DNA from: Lingula anatina
Lineage: Eukaryota; Animalia; Brachiopoda
Length of the DNA: 64,000 bases
Assembly (NCBI GenBank): GCA_051362555.1
Contig: CM120645.1
Coordinates: 3,534,001-3,598,000, forward strand
Direction: 5' to 3'
Shown: piece after piece, positions 1-14,490 of the stretch
Position numbering within the stretch: the first letter of the stretch is position 1
Layout: each line of letters opens with the position of its first letter
Made by a program: the position numbers and the translations under genes
The notes under the pieces: generated by a model
The model's database searches: none
Seen by the model: only the letters and a program-made list of their open reading frames with translations
Told to the model about the DNA's origin: nothing

Positions 1-3000
1 GAATGTTATGAAACCTTTTGCTAGGATATTGTATGGTAGCACTATAGTCTTATACGGATAAACAAATGATTAGGACTGTCTTTAAAGAAGAAAAAAAGGA
101 AATTATTTGCCTGTGTTTTTGCATTTTAAGGATTTTTTTCGTTGTAAATAAGGATGTGCAGAATAGGTCCTGCCAATAATGGCTTCTAGAATATCAACCA
201 CAGCGCCAGTTGGAACCAGTGGAGTTTTATTTTCCTCTCAAGAATTGTCATCAACATCCTAAATAATAACGTCACCCTTTTCATGACATTTATGTAATCG
301 GAAAAAAAAATTATTAAGATAAATCTTTTTACGCTCCAGCACATTTTTTCAAAGACTATGACCTAACTGTGACACTGTGCCCCCCAATAGTGACATCCTG
401 GATTTTTGAGGGATAAGTATATGAACTGCTTTTATTTGTCAGTCTGAATCTGTTGAACGTAAAAAATCCTCTCTTTCTCCATTGGCCAGGTTCACCCCCA
501 GTATATGGGTATGGTTCAAGCGGTTTTCAGAGAAAGTACTATCTATAGTCCTATCTAATAAGTATAAAAACAGTGCACATGTCTGTTACCTTGAAGAGCA
601 CCAGAGTTTTAGAGAAAATTGGAAGCATTTTTAAATTTAAAAATTCTTATTATCAGGATATGCTAGGTGAGTTTCCATAGCTGTTTCCCAATGTCTTCTG
701 AAACTTTGCATTCCTTAAAGGGATTATGTATCAGATTTCAGGCCAAAAACCTACAATCAATAAATTTGTCTGGCAATCTCAACAATTATTGGGCACTTGA
801 AGATAATCTCTTTATTGGGTGCCCAAGACTCGGAAACATCCTGATGCTTTACAATTTTTGATCACTTTTTCTTAACTTAAGTAAGCAGAATGAACATGTA
901 TTCTTTGTATTTTTTTTACTTATGTTCATTGTTTAAATTTTACACAGGTGATTCTCTTTCGAATTTTTTAATTATTTTAATAATTATTTAAAAACTCAAA
1001 ATCTCCCAAAGTGTACCTGTACAGACTGTTGTAAAGCATATTGCTTGATGTGAAAATGTCCTTTTGGAGACCTGTACAGAGTCTAAAGATTGATTGCCTT
1101 TGGTTACCTTGTACTCATCATCAGGGGGCCGGCTTAGCTGGGTTGTGGTTACCCACTATTCCTTAAAACATGATAATTACACATATATTTACATTTTTTT
1201 ACAACAAAATCATTCCAGTTAGACCGTACAGTTTTCATAATGTTACACTTTGGTGTAACCCTTTATGTAATTATCAGAAGCTTGACAACAAGTGGAATCA
1301 ATATTTTATTTTCATAATCTGTTTTTCTTAGAATCCACTACGTCAGAATTTCTCCTAGATATCTGTCTGGTTTTAATTGGAAAAAAAAACATTTTATTTG
1401 AGTAGGACTTCTTTATTCCTTGCAGGTAGTTCATTTGGTTCACCGTTTCACTTTCATTTCCCTTGTCGCAAAATTGCCAGGCTTTGAAAGGTATTGCGGA
1501 AACCCTGAAAAGAGCTGGGTTTATCTGAAGCCAGCAGATTGTAAGGGCAAAAAGGGGCCTGTTCAGAAAAAGACTGACTTAGACCGTAAGTGGGCTGAAC
1601 TCGTGTTTTCAGATGACCAAGTTGATTTGAATCTCTGAAGTGAAGTAGGAACACACTGTTGACGAGTCCTCAGTACAGAGAAGCCGCTTTGAATTCAGAC
1701 TAATGACTGATTATTATTTAACTTTCATGGTTGTCAGATAATGCAGGTGATTTCTGGTTTAAATTGCCCCTTGTCTGAGCAGGTCACCAGATGCATTACT
1801 GCATTAATTCACATTTTTTTTCCTCACATCTCCAAACCTGTTGCTTTTTGCATTGCTTTCAACACTGTTTTGAAAAAAAACCTGAAAATTAGACCAAAAT
1901 AAAATCACATTTAATTTACAACTATTTTCTCTTCATCTGTGTAGTACATAATGTGATATTTTTAATAAGAATTAAAAATTTTGCTGAAATAAAAAGAAAG
2001 ACCCATTTTGTAGATGAGGAATGTATGAAATGTACCAACTTGTTTATAAAACATGTTAGTCATGGAATTGAATTTAGAAAGTAATTGCCAAACAAGACGA
2101 GAAAAGAAATGACCTTTTTCCCTTCATCACCACAATACAGCAAGCAAAAAGGTGAATAGAATCCAAAATGGTTTGTATGGTTTTAACCTTTTAGCAATGA
2201 TATTGTTTTGTAACCACACAGAAAAAAAGGTGTTTATTTAAGGATCATGAAATTACTTAGGTGGTCACTTGCTGGGGTGGAGGAGGGATGGAAAGGTACT
2301 TAGTACAATGGTCTATGAAAATTTCTGTGCAAAATACATGTACAAGAGACCAGTTTTGTCCTATTTTTTTTTTCATGGGCTCTTATATTTATTTATTTCA
2401 TAGCTCCTCTTCCTTGTCAGCATGTGACTGCAAATAGGTGAATTTATCAAACCATCGAAATGTTCACTTTTAAATAAAAACTTTATGAATAATTCACTGT
2501 CTCGATTAAGTAATACAATGTACCATACCCCCTCTGTGCCTCGTTACAATTTATGACAGACTATGATCGGATATTAGGCAAAATATTTTGTGCTATTCTG
2601 TCAGGAATTGAAACAAGGTTCACAGTGGGGGAGGGTATTCAGTCCCATAGGCAGCACTTCACACCCAATCAGAAAAGACGAATTTTACTTAGTGACGTGA
2701 TAACACATCACAGAAAGTGCATTCTTATCATGTGTTTATCAATCAATCCTTAATCTATTTTCTCACACCAACAACCTTATTGTATATATGTGGATATTTC
2801 AATCTATTCCTTATGCAATTGCAGCCTACTTTCTGCACTGCTTTGTAAACATTTTGTGAAAATCAATCAAAGTCACACTAGCGAGGAATTCTGAATGATT
2901 TTCTCCATAAAGAGGGAGTGTGGGGGTATGTATAAAAAATGGACACGGGGCACGTCATACAGATATGGTGGCAAGCACAGAGTGGTAAACAACTCGAATT

Positions 3001-6000
3001 ATGTACACTATTGATGGCCATGATCTTTTGTTATATAATGTACATATTGTTCAGAGATACTAGTATCAGCTCCAGGCACTTGTTGAGGGAGGGAGGAAGT
3101 GACCCCCTTTTTCCTCCCACCTTCCTCCAGCTAACAAGAACAATTAAGTACTAACTGTGAGAAAAAGTTGCAGAATTAGAAATGCTTTTATCTCTCTCTC
3201 TCCTCTCCTCCCCTCCCCCAACACACAAACACATACTGTATATTTCACCCAACATCAGCAGTCATCACCTTTTGATTCCCCATTCAAGCCATCTTTGGGT
3301 CCCTTTAAAGTATAATTCGTATATTATATACCCATGATCAAGCCATATTCCTGCATTTAAATAAAACTTATGAATAACATATTATTAAAGATTTAAATCA
3401 CTCTATGAAAATCTTCTCCTTAGTCCTTTGTTATTTTCCATTTAGCTTTTGTTTTTAAAGCGGACAGTTTCAAAAGCATCCTTCAGTTAAATTGATTAAT
3501 ATCTCGTGAAGTTGTTTTAACAACTTAAAAGATCTATACCAGTAAGGCCTTGTCTCCATGTTAGAGCATATACACCTTATTAAAAACATGGAGAGTATTT
3601 TTACCCTCCACCTTTAATGATTACATAATGGTGCACACTTTGCATCAAGTTTTAAGTTGAAAGTAAATATTCAGTTAAGATATCAAGAGTAGCCTGTCTG
3701 AGGGCTGAATGTGGCTTGATCCTGTTTACCCCAACTTTGGTACTTGTGAAACAGCTACTGCAATTACTATTCTTAGATAGATATTAAATAATGTTTCTTG
3801 AATTACGAAATCTAGTCGTGATTTTCAAATGCACTTTACCTTAACCTTTTAAAGCATTTTTTTTTTTTTTTTTTGCCAAATATCACTTTAAGCAGTACAG
3901 TTTTCTGTATGACGCCAGTTTGAGGGAATGACTACTGGGGATTACTTAGGGGAGTTACTCCACCCTCCCCTTCTTAGATGAATGGCATGCAGGTATAAGG
4001 ATGACTGGTGCGATACAAAAAACTGTCCTGCTTGATGTGAAAATTCAGGGTCTTTAGCTGGGTCACAATCTTGTTTGTTTACCAGATGTGGTCAGCCTGA
4101 CACCAGTCAATATGGATCTATTGTGTCAACGTGTCCCCCTGCCTATCTTAATCCCTTGTTGATGGGAATGGGACAAATGTCAACGTTTATCATGTAAGGC
4201 GGCATGACGTCATACCCGAGGAGTGATTTTAATAACATGGCGATCGAAGAAAATGCAGCTTGATTTCTTCACGTACAGCTGTGATGAACTGTGTAGTTTT
4301 AATTGGCAAGATATAAAGTTGTTGATTTTATTGGCTATTGGTTGATTGTTAAATTTCAATCTAAAAGTAAGGTTTTATTTTACCTTTGATTCGTTGGAAA
4401 ATTTTATTAATTTCAGTAATGGTTTTCAGATTGTGGAATTTTATTTGTTGTGATTTATATTGGGTCTGTTTATCAGGGTACAATGCATAAACTGTGAGAA
4501 TCATTCCGTGTTAGTAGTCGTTTGTGACAGTATGCAATTTTTTTATTTCTGTCTGTCAGTTTGTTATCTTAGACACCAAGTGTCATTGTCATTTCCATGA
4601 AAAATGTTTCACCAGAAAAGCTAATTGTTTCCTGATTTGCACAAAATTGGAAACACCTGAGATGTTACCTTGAGGCTGATACTAAAGTACATGTACAATG
4701 TTTTCTGTTTTTTATCTTAAAATGTTCTGCCCAACCAAAACTCAGATCCTGCCAAGAGCCATTGATGTTTCCTTATAGAGAAAACTTAAATTAGCTGTAA
4801 GTCCAAAGACCTTAATCTCTCGGATGATTTCCAATATCTTACTTGGCTTTATTGGCAGGCATCCGTGTCAATACTCGATTATCTCTCCTAAATAGATAAA
4901 TAAATAGATAATTAATATATAAATGATGATAATGAAAAACAAAAGCAAAAAAACATACTAACTGAATGAATTAGACAATTATAAAAAGTTTAATATCATC
5001 GTCATATCTTGTAAATGAAGTACTAGTACAAAGGAAATGGAACTATTGGTTTACTTACTAACTTATTTATCCATTAATTTTAATTTTGAAGATCAAACAG
5101 TTAAGATGTGAATAATTATTTTATTAATTAATATTGTCTGGATACATTTATGCTATATACCATGCTCTCTAGTTGAAATAAACTATGAGTTTTATGGTCA
5201 TCAGTTTAACAATGAAAGAACAAGAATGCTGTCATGAGAGAGAATAAGAAATAAAGGTGACGAGCAGACTCGTAGAAAAGCTCACTGAATTCTCATTTTC
5301 AGATAATGAACTGAAATTTCATGAGATGATCTCAAAAGGTTCAAGTTTACTTGCTGTTGTGAGCCTTATTAGATGGGATCAGGCAGGTGAATTGATGGGT
5401 CGCGGGGTCTGCGAAGGTCACGTGTAGGCTGGTACATGCGGACAGGGAGCACGTACACAGATGTTCACGCCACAGACACGCATACACAGAATGATGTAGA
5501 TGATTTGTTGACTTAGTCAACAGGAACAATGACGCTCGGGCAAGTCAGGACAAAATACAATTTATGTAAAGGATTCAAGAACGGATTAAAAACATCTTAC
5601 TTTGTATTTAAGGAGATTGTTTGAGTAAGATTAGCTGACAAATAACTCTGAGAAAATTTTATGAACAATATTGTGTCTCCATAACAATTTGACTTGAAGT
5701 TTGCAGCACTACTTTTTAGACAATCGGATTTCCACTCTCATATATACTTGTAGTTTTACATAATATGAGACATTGATTTTTTTCCTGATGAGGTGTGAAA
5801 AACATGATTTTTAATTTTTATTGCCCTATTCCACCACCGGAAACAAACCTAGAAAAAATTTGTGTGGACATCATCAGACAATAAAATGCTTTTCCCAGAA
5901 AAAAAATCTGAACCATTAGGGCAAAACAATGAACAGATGTGTATGCATGGTTATAAATAGAATTCCTATATTTGTTTGAAAAACAAATGACAGAGGAACT

Positions 6001-7066
6001 GATTTGAATGGGTAATCTGCTGGTGCAATTTAGGCCCAAACCGCAGTATTTGTCTAAACACACCTTAAGATACAAACACCTGATAAACACTTTTGATTAC
6101 ACTGAATTCATCTTCTTCACACACTTGGAAAATGAACTTGCGCTGGAAACATTGACACTGATGGTTATTGCAAATGTAAGTTTCTCTTATGAAACAAATA
6201 ACTCAACCCTGTATTTCATAATAAGCAGCATATACAGCGTGCTCCAAAAGTTTCTTCTGAACCTGGGGTTGCAGGACTTTAAGTATGATAAAAACATCCA
6301 CACTTATTGTCTTGGATAAAGGTGATAATGATGTGTTACTAACTGAAAGAACTTGTTTTTGAAAAGAGACTCAATTATCTTCATCAAGGGCATTATTGTA
6401 AATAGAAAGAATTTTTAAACAGACAGACAGCTCAGATAGTTTGGTCAATCTCTTGCTACATATTTTAAGATAAAATTAATAGTGAAAGGTGAGATTTTAA
6501 AAAGTTATACAAGTACTACAGCATGCATTTAGCACCTTTTGTGCCTCTGTCAATACAATCAGTTTATTTATCCATTCTCTTTTTATCTGGATAGGAAAGA
6601 AGAAGTGTTACTAGTAATTAAGAGCATGTCAATAAAAATATAAAGAAATAGGTAAAAAGCTAAGAAAAAAATATATACCTGATTTTCTTTTGTTAAAAAT
6701 TATTCCTGATGCTAGATATATTTATTCCTGGTTGGATGAAAAATGTGAACTGATAAATTTTCTTTAAATTTATAAATGAAATAACATTACAGGAGGGGGT
6801 AGGGGGTGGGCAAAGGTGAGTGTAGAAAAGAAGGAAAATATAATGATGTCATGACAGGTACGCAAAATTTCTGACAGATTGGAAGCACTAAGATGAATGT
6901 CGTTAGTGCAAATGTGGCGTGAGTCTGTAATCAGCCAATGTACACATGACATCTGACCTGGCCTCTACCGTTATCTTACTACATTACGATAAAAATGTAG
7001 AGCAATTATTACTAAGTCACTACGTGGGCAGTCCGAGATTTGAGATCTCAAACAGATTTTTTGTGG

Positions 7067-7070
<4 letters not shown>

Positions 7071-7151
<81 letters not shown>
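7071..7151. repeat. Compound (CT)n(CA)n microsatellite
   Basis: Directly visible. Confidence 0.97.
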
Positions 7152-7152
<1 letters not shown>

Positions 7153-10100
7153 ATAAAATCAAAGAAGAAATAATCGAATTTGCATGTTTTAGACTGAGTT
7201 CTGTATCATGTTATTCTGACCATTAAAATAGAGGTTGATCGTGGAAACTAGAATTTCATTTCTTTGGTGATAAAAGATTTGAGTAGTTTTATCAGCTTAA
7301 ACACTTTTTTTATTAAGAATGTCTACTTCGTATCAAATAACCCTCCATTCCTACATGTTCACACACACTGTTTATAACATTTAATCTTAAAACAATTAAA
7401 TATTAATAAATAACGTACAATACAGTGTACTTGTACTGTATCTTCAAAGCAGTGACGTGATGTTTTATCTTATTTTAAGTTTGTCAGTAGATTAATTACA
7501 TGTATCTCCCTGATAAAGACAACCTCTATCTTTATTGACTCTGGCTAATCAGTAACTTATGAATTTATTTTTCATTTTATCAGGCAAGCTCCTGCATTAG
7601 CCTTGGAAGTTTACGGTGTGATTTACTTATTTCATGTTACAAAGAAAAATCGAGAAGGTCTTTTCAATTAAGAGTGACAATACATAACAAAAGTTACAAA
7701 TTCGGAATTAGTATCTCTGGCATAATCTCAATGAATTTTATAACACAATAAAAATACCATTGGGAAATTTCTCTGGTGTCCTTCCCTAAGAACTTTCAGG
7801 AACAACCATAGTGACTTCATTTGTCGCTAGAGGGCAGTGCAGTGCTGAACCATTGCTCATGAATGGGTAAGACTGAATGAGACGGCAAAGTAAAAATAAA
7901 AATTATCTCAGGAAGACCTGATCCAGAGGAAACCATTTTTTAAATGAAATTTTAGGGTGGGGAGAGGGACGGGAGTTTGGTAAATTGTGTGCTGAAAAAA
8001 GGGTTGTAAGATTGTGCTGATAATGAGAATGATTTGTGATGAATGGAGATAAAGCGTTACCCCAGACATTGTCAATATTTGATTTGAGATGAATATGTCA
8101 ATAATTAAATTGGCAGAAGGATGAAGAGACGGTCTGTCCGGCAGCAGCCATATGTTTTATGTTCCACCCATTATCTTTCACAAAGCTTCCAAAAGATTAT
8201 TTAATTATTTGAATTAATGTGAAATGTGATTAATTTGTGTACGAGAGGTTAGAGAGATCGAGCTAACAGCCAGGGAAAAAAGTTACCCATGAGTTACTAT
8301 TGGTGTCAGTGGTATATATGGTACAGCTCCTCTATAGGATTATTTTTGTTTAGCGAATTGGTTAAACATTTTCAACAAAATAAAAGAAAGTTTAGTCAAA
8401 AGATGTTAATTTATACATTGTACATGCATGTACATGTACTGGTAAGTTCACATATTTAAGTATATAGTTAATATTAATACAGCTACATTTTAACCATTGA
8501 AGATGGACTTTTATGAGGAAATGACTTTTTTTAAAGTCTTAGGATAATTTAAAAGTACCAGACACATACTTTTTATGGAAAAGGAAAAGGGGTCCGAATT
8601 ATTTTTATTTTACAAAAGTTTTAGATTCCCAAGTCTTTGGTAGAAAGTTCTAGGGATTTTTGGAACGTCACTTTTAGTGGAAATTTCCTAAAGGACATAT
8701 CATACAGTCGAATTTGTTTACATCTTCCTTGTCTAACCTGTGATAGGGCCACAAAGTCAGTCTAGAATGTTGACACCGCAACCTGACCTAGATTGCGCAC
8801 ATTTGTTTAAGGGGATTATAAAAAAGTTAACTTGGCACTGCGCCAATAAATGAAGTCTGCCTCTATGCATTTATAAGTTCTCGGTCGGGTAGCCTTGTGA
8901 AAAGAGAAGATGGCTGGAGTGTGTGGTTGTCTGCTGTTTCTGCTCCACTTAACCCTCATGGGTCAAGATTTTTCAAAAGATTTTTCGTGTGCTACAGAAA
9001 AGGAGCAGTGTGGAAGACTGTCAGTCAGTTGTGTAGAATATAAAGCCTAGTGTGGTATCTAGGTCAACCGCACCACTTGGCAGGTTTTTATAGAAGACAG
9101 GAAACGCAGCTCAGTGAGGAGCATTCTGTTGTTTGTCGGTCTCAGCAATGTGACAATAATACCGCAGTGGATGTTATCGAAGTAACGCTCAGCAGATCAT
9201 GGGTTTTATTGCAGGAAGTGCTATCATCCGAAATATCCATTTTGTCATTTTGCCAAAAACATTTATCCAAATATTTTTCAGAACTTGTGAACACCCCCCC
9301 CCCCCAAAAAAAAAATAATAATAATAATAAAATTAATAATAATAAATAATAAATATATTGGTAGATAAATAAAAGGAAATGTTTAAAAGAAAATGCTTAA
9401 TTACCACTAATTCAGGTACAGGGTACATTTTGAAGCTTCATCATTTTCTTGTTTTTTTTGTTTTTTTTTTGTGATAAAATGGGATTTATTACATTTCTTT
9501 ATATTGTTTACAATGTACTTATTGTGGCATTTTGAATCTCATATGAAGAGTTGTTATCCCTGTAATAAAAAGGAGTCATAATAATTATGACATACTAGTA
9601 GTATGAAAATAATAAAAAGAAGACAGAATGGTGGATGTTCAGCTGTCTTGTTTTCACTTGACATTTATAGTATTTAACCTGGTTTGTCTCTGAGTGTAGC
9701 ACTGAAGTTGTCTTTATAAACAAAGTATGTTTTTCTTACAATATGAGCCCTTCACAGGAATGCTAACAGGCTAGAAAGAAAAATTTTAGTGGAGAGCTGG
9801 CGAATTGGAGTATTCCCTCTTTTTATTGATTTTAAATCTTCATTTGACTAGAGGAGGGAAAAAGCACCTTTGTTATGAATAATATTATTATAATTACATT
9901 GTTTCATAAATTTTGCTGCCAAGAACCCAGTGCAATGCCATGAACTTTCAATTTATTCCATTTAAACAAGTTTCTGCACTTTGGATTACTGTTTAAAGTT
10001 TTACACATGATTACATAACAGTATTGAAAAAATAAACCTCAAAATAAGGAAACTTGTAACAAACTCATTGACTTTAGGCCCTCCAAGATAGGAAAAAATA

Positions 10101-12344
10101 ACAAACAAGACTGTCAATCAAATGTGTCACCATGAAGATATAAATTGTGTAGATAATTGACATCCTGACACTATTTATAAAATGGGAAATTCAGGATAGC
10201 TGATTTAGGTGCCAAGTTGTCAGAGTGCGATTGTGGTATTTTTGATATATGATGCCTTCGGGCATGAAAAGCTAAGTGGGCAGGGTTGGAACATTATATG
10301 GCTTGGGGGTTGTCAGGAGGGTTGATTCAGGGAGGGGGGGGGGGGGTATCACCAGTTATTAAGGCACCATGGTTCATCAGAGCAATAGGAACACATTCAA
10401 CTTCACTAATTACCTCACAATTTTTGGTCACAATTTGTACATACTTTTGAATTAAAACTAGCAAGATTTTGAACTGAAATCCAGGAATTTGTCTGAAAAA
10501 GTAAAGAAATTTAGTAGAAGTTTCTAGCCCCCCCTCAATGAAAATGAAAAAAGCTGTTTTGTTCTTAGGGACTTAATTGCAGACTATAAAGATTACGTGA
10601 GGATAAAAAAAGTTGAAATTCACTAAGGAAATCACATTACTTTGGCCAAATGACTTGATGAATAATTTGCCTCAGTGAATGCCCCAATCTTCAGAGGCTG
10701 GATGGAAGTGTATTTTATACTAGATTACATCTTTCAAGATAGAATTTACACTTAGTTTTGAAATCCACACACCTGGGCCCCGTTCTTTTAAAGTGGGCCC
10801 TATTGCTAGTATGACTAATTGACTGTATTCAATATGCTCAGGTGTGGCCACCTAAGTGACTTGATTTACCTTGTCATTGTATAATCAACTGTTTGTATTC
10901 AAACAGTGCCTGTAGCATTTAGATAACGGTGTTGACTTTTATCCAATAGCTCTACCCCCCTCTGAGTTGCTTTTACAAATATTGACGCAGCTAGCCAGCA
11001 TACTCCTCCTGTGTTTCAGAGATTGATTGCTTTAGATTAAACCTTGAGAATGGATTTTCCCTGTTCTAAGACCCATTTCCGTTCATCAGAATTTTCTCAA
11101 CATTGGTTACATGTTAGGGAGGTGAGATGAAGAGTGGAAATTGATAGAAAAAAAAGAAAATGATCCACTTCTGATCCTTTAAATTAAGCGTGTTTTTTTT
11201 TATCTAATGTGTTTTTCAGACAGGAAGATGCGATTAAGTCCAAATTGGTCCATTGCTATATATATAGTTAGCTTATCCAGTATTGAATTATTTTTATTTT
11301 TATATAAAAAAAATTGATTGATTTTGAAGTAACAAAAATAACAGAAATTAATGAGATGGAGGTGGGCGGTGAATGAAAAATATGGAGCAAAGATGGCAAA
11401 GAAAGAAAGATTCCACAAGCTTAAAATTCACTGAAACTGACCAAAGGTGACTCCAGGAATATCTATCATATTTAATCCCAAAACATTGATACAGTGACAG
11501 AGTAAATCATGTTTTTAAGATGCCAGTTTAACTCTCAATAGTGTTCAATAATGTAGGACATTGACTTCAGTAAATACCACAGGAGTCATGAACCATCCCA
11601 GAATCCCATGATTTCCAAGAATAACCAGCTAAGCATGCCCACCCCAAGATGCAATAAGGAGATAATGATTGAGATTCTAAATCAAGGACAAACGAACTCT
11701 CAGCAAGCTTGATATTATGAAAAAATATGAATGTCAGTGAAAAGCTTACCCCAGCTATAATGTTATATGTAAATTTTCTGACATGAAATAAACTTTTTTG
11801 TATTGTACTTGAATCTGTTATGCCTGCGAATTTTTTCAGTAAAAGTCTGTGTTGTTACTTTGATTTGCTTGGTTTAAATTAGTTATAGCTGGTGTCTGTT
11901 TACTTATTACATGATTACGATATTTCCACAAGTTCATGTGTAATATTTTCTAGCTTTATCATTAAATATTTCCTAAGAATATTTGTTTTAATTTTTGGAA
12001 CATTTTTATTGGAAAATTTCTGCTTTGAAGAAAATATTAATTTCTGATTCAGGAAAACTTATCTGGTATGATCAGCCAGACATGTTAAATTGGCATAAAT
12101 TTTGTAATCAAGGAAAGATGTACTAGTGAAAATATTTAAATTTTAGAAAGTCCCTTATTGCTGTTGATTCATTTGTTTGTTAGTAGACAAGATATATCAA
12201 GCAAAAAGTCTTTCAAAATTTTGATAAAATGATCAGGATAGTTATTCAGGAGAGAAGATATTCTTAAAATTTCAGCTGGATGTGCTGATGTTTTTAAATT
12301 ATTTAAAATTTTACCATAATTCACATTTAACTTTGCTGATCTCT

Positions 12345-12346
<2 letters not shown>

Positions 12347-12393
<47 letters not shown>
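12347..12393. repeat. Poly(T) tract
   Basis: Uninterrupted run of about 47 T. Confidence 0.97.
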
Positions 12394-12395
<2 letters not shown>

Positions 12396-13851
12396 CTGAA
12401 AAATCTCTTAACTGGAAGGCCACTGTAAAAATGCTACTCAGCTTGGTTCTGAAATATATTGAAGCAAATTTGTTGGACTCTGTACACAAATATATCAAAC
12501 AGTCTTTTCAAAGACCCCTTTTTCACCAACAAAGCACAAAGTAAACTGACCCCTAAGTTCAAATCAACTGCTTCAATCATCTCTAACTCTGTTCTTCAGG
12601 AAATAATGCAGCGATGAGGAAGTATAAATGCCCATTGTCGAGGAGGGGCGTTTTATTACATTGGCGTTAATACAGAAGACACAATTTACTCAGTGAGCCT
12701 CAGAATGGCTGGGGGCCACAGTGTCACCTCAATCAAAATGTTCCAGTGTACAAGCACTGCTTAAAATAGCTGCTATAAATGCCAGGCAGATCGAGTTTCA
12801 AATTGAAAGAAAAAAGTTGTAGAAGTCGGCAATATAATTGGTGTACAAACAATTTATGCCAAGTGAGTGTGTGTGTTTGTTTTTTGGGGGGGGGGGGGGG
12901 ATGAGAAAGAGAAGGAGAGAGAAAGTAAGTCGGGGGGGGGGGGGGGGGGAGCAGGGCCGGGGGGAAGGGGGGGATTTACCTGGACTGCTTTTGCATGTAG
13001 TAATTGGTCTTAATATTATGTAAAAATAATCTTTAGACAAGCACTTAACAAAATTCAATGAAATTGGTATTAATTATTCTATACTGTGAATTTAACAACA
13101 AACCTGCTCAAAGGGGTAGCATATACTGGTATATATATATATATATGTGCACCATACAGTTTTTCCACATTGATCTAGTGATTATCATCTAGTGATAATG
13201 CGTACATGAAAATATTACGTGCTGGCAAATGTATTCATGCTGCTTGTTTCCTTCACTGCCACCTTCAGACAATATACAGTATGTGGGTGTTTTAAAGTCC
13301 ACATACAAGCATCCATCATTACATCATTTCCCTTCGTTAATTTAAATGTTGGAATACCAGTAAGTGTATATTAGAGCTAAGGCCTGTTTACCTTTCCTAC
13401 TAATGATGCTAATTTTTCTTACTTTTTTTCTTTTCATCTAAATTCAAGCTATATAACCCCAATTATCAGAGATACAAACCAGTTAAATGTTTTTGGGATA
13501 TGAAAAACAAAAAAATCAAATATCTCAAATGAATGGCAAATAATATAGAAATCTAACGTATTTATACATGAAGAAGTTCAAAACAGGAGTTTGTCAAAAT
13601 TGTATGAAAATACATGATGTTGTGCATGTTTTTTACTACTGACTAAGAATCTTCGCTGTTTCTTTAAATCGAGTTCTGTTCTTAAATCATTCTCTTTACA
13701 AAGACCACTTTGTATTGTGACATCTCCGTACTCGTAGACAGGAAATCATATTTCCCGTTTCACATTTATCCTGTGCTTTTTTCACCATTATGTGGGCTGA
13801 CGCTATCTTACTCATCTTATACAAGTACACTGCTTATAGCAGTTGGTTTAA

Positions 13852-14066
13852 GAGTGCATTCCCATAGATTTAGATTGATCCATTTAGATCGACCTAACTC
13901 CCAGGGGGTTCACCCTAAATTGCTGTCAGCCAAGCTCGCATGGTAGTTAATTACCCCCTTACAGCTTTTAGAAGGCAGGACAGACATTTAAGCCGGCTAA
14001 GCTAACAGTAATCTTGTGAGACTCCCCACAGCGATAGATCGATCTAAAATCTGTGGGAAGGGGGTC
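13852..14066. mobile_element. MITE family 1 (PIF/Harbinger-like), apparently complete copy
   Basis: Imperfect ~30-bp TIRs (GAGTGCATTCCCATAGATTTAGATTGATC versus the reverse complement of GATCGATCTAAAATCTGTGGGAAGGGGGTC), flanked by TAA on both sides. The right half recurs at 58400-58522. Confidence 0.65.
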
Positions 14067-14248
14067 TAAGCCAAAACACTGACAGAAATTGATGTCATAA
14101 TTATTTTTTGTTGTTATTGTTGTTTTGAGAAATTTCTTGTCTTTGTGCATTTTAGGCAGTGTTTTTAATCTCGCTGTAACAAATTGGGAAGATTAATTGA
14201 GCCTGAAATATTACTTGTGTACAACATAAATGTATTATGCATATGTAC

Positions 14249-14250
<2 letters not shown>

Positions 14251-14286
<36 letters not shown>
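14251..14286. repeat. (GA)n microsatellite
   Basis: Directly visible. Confidence 0.95.
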
Positions 14287-14290
<4 letters not shown>

Positions 14291-14291
14291 A

Positions 14292-14490
14292 CAGGCCTTG
14301 TGGAAGGGGTTGGGGAGGAGGTTGAAAGAACCACACATTTGGCTGGGAAAAGGTCTATTCTGAGCCAAAATTTTATCTAGGTTTTTAGTGCCAGTACTGA
14401 GGCACACATTGGTTTTGTGGTAAAAAGGTCCACTTTCTCAGGAAAGGGCCCCCTTCCTATGAAAATGCTGCATGGTTATATACATGCCTG
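14292..14490. mobile_element. MITE family 2, diverged copy
   Basis: CAGGCC...GGCTGGGAAAAGGTCTATTCTG...AAATTTTATCTA...AAAAAGGTCCACTTTCTCAG...GCCTG. Confidence 0.55.

Noticed and set aside
1445-1455. ISRE-like GTTTCACTTTC
   Set aside because: Isolated and not tied to an identified gene; it shows the chance rate of such motifs.
1420-1638. Exon-like stretch (CCAG|GCTTTG...GACC|GTAAGT) on the + strand
   Set aside because: Plausible splice sites but no recognisable protein or partner exons. It cannot be supported without transcript data.
6946-7173. ORFs with SLSLSL/HTHTHT, IYIYIY or poly-G/P runs here and elsewhere
   Set aside because: Translations of microsatellites and homopolymer tracts.
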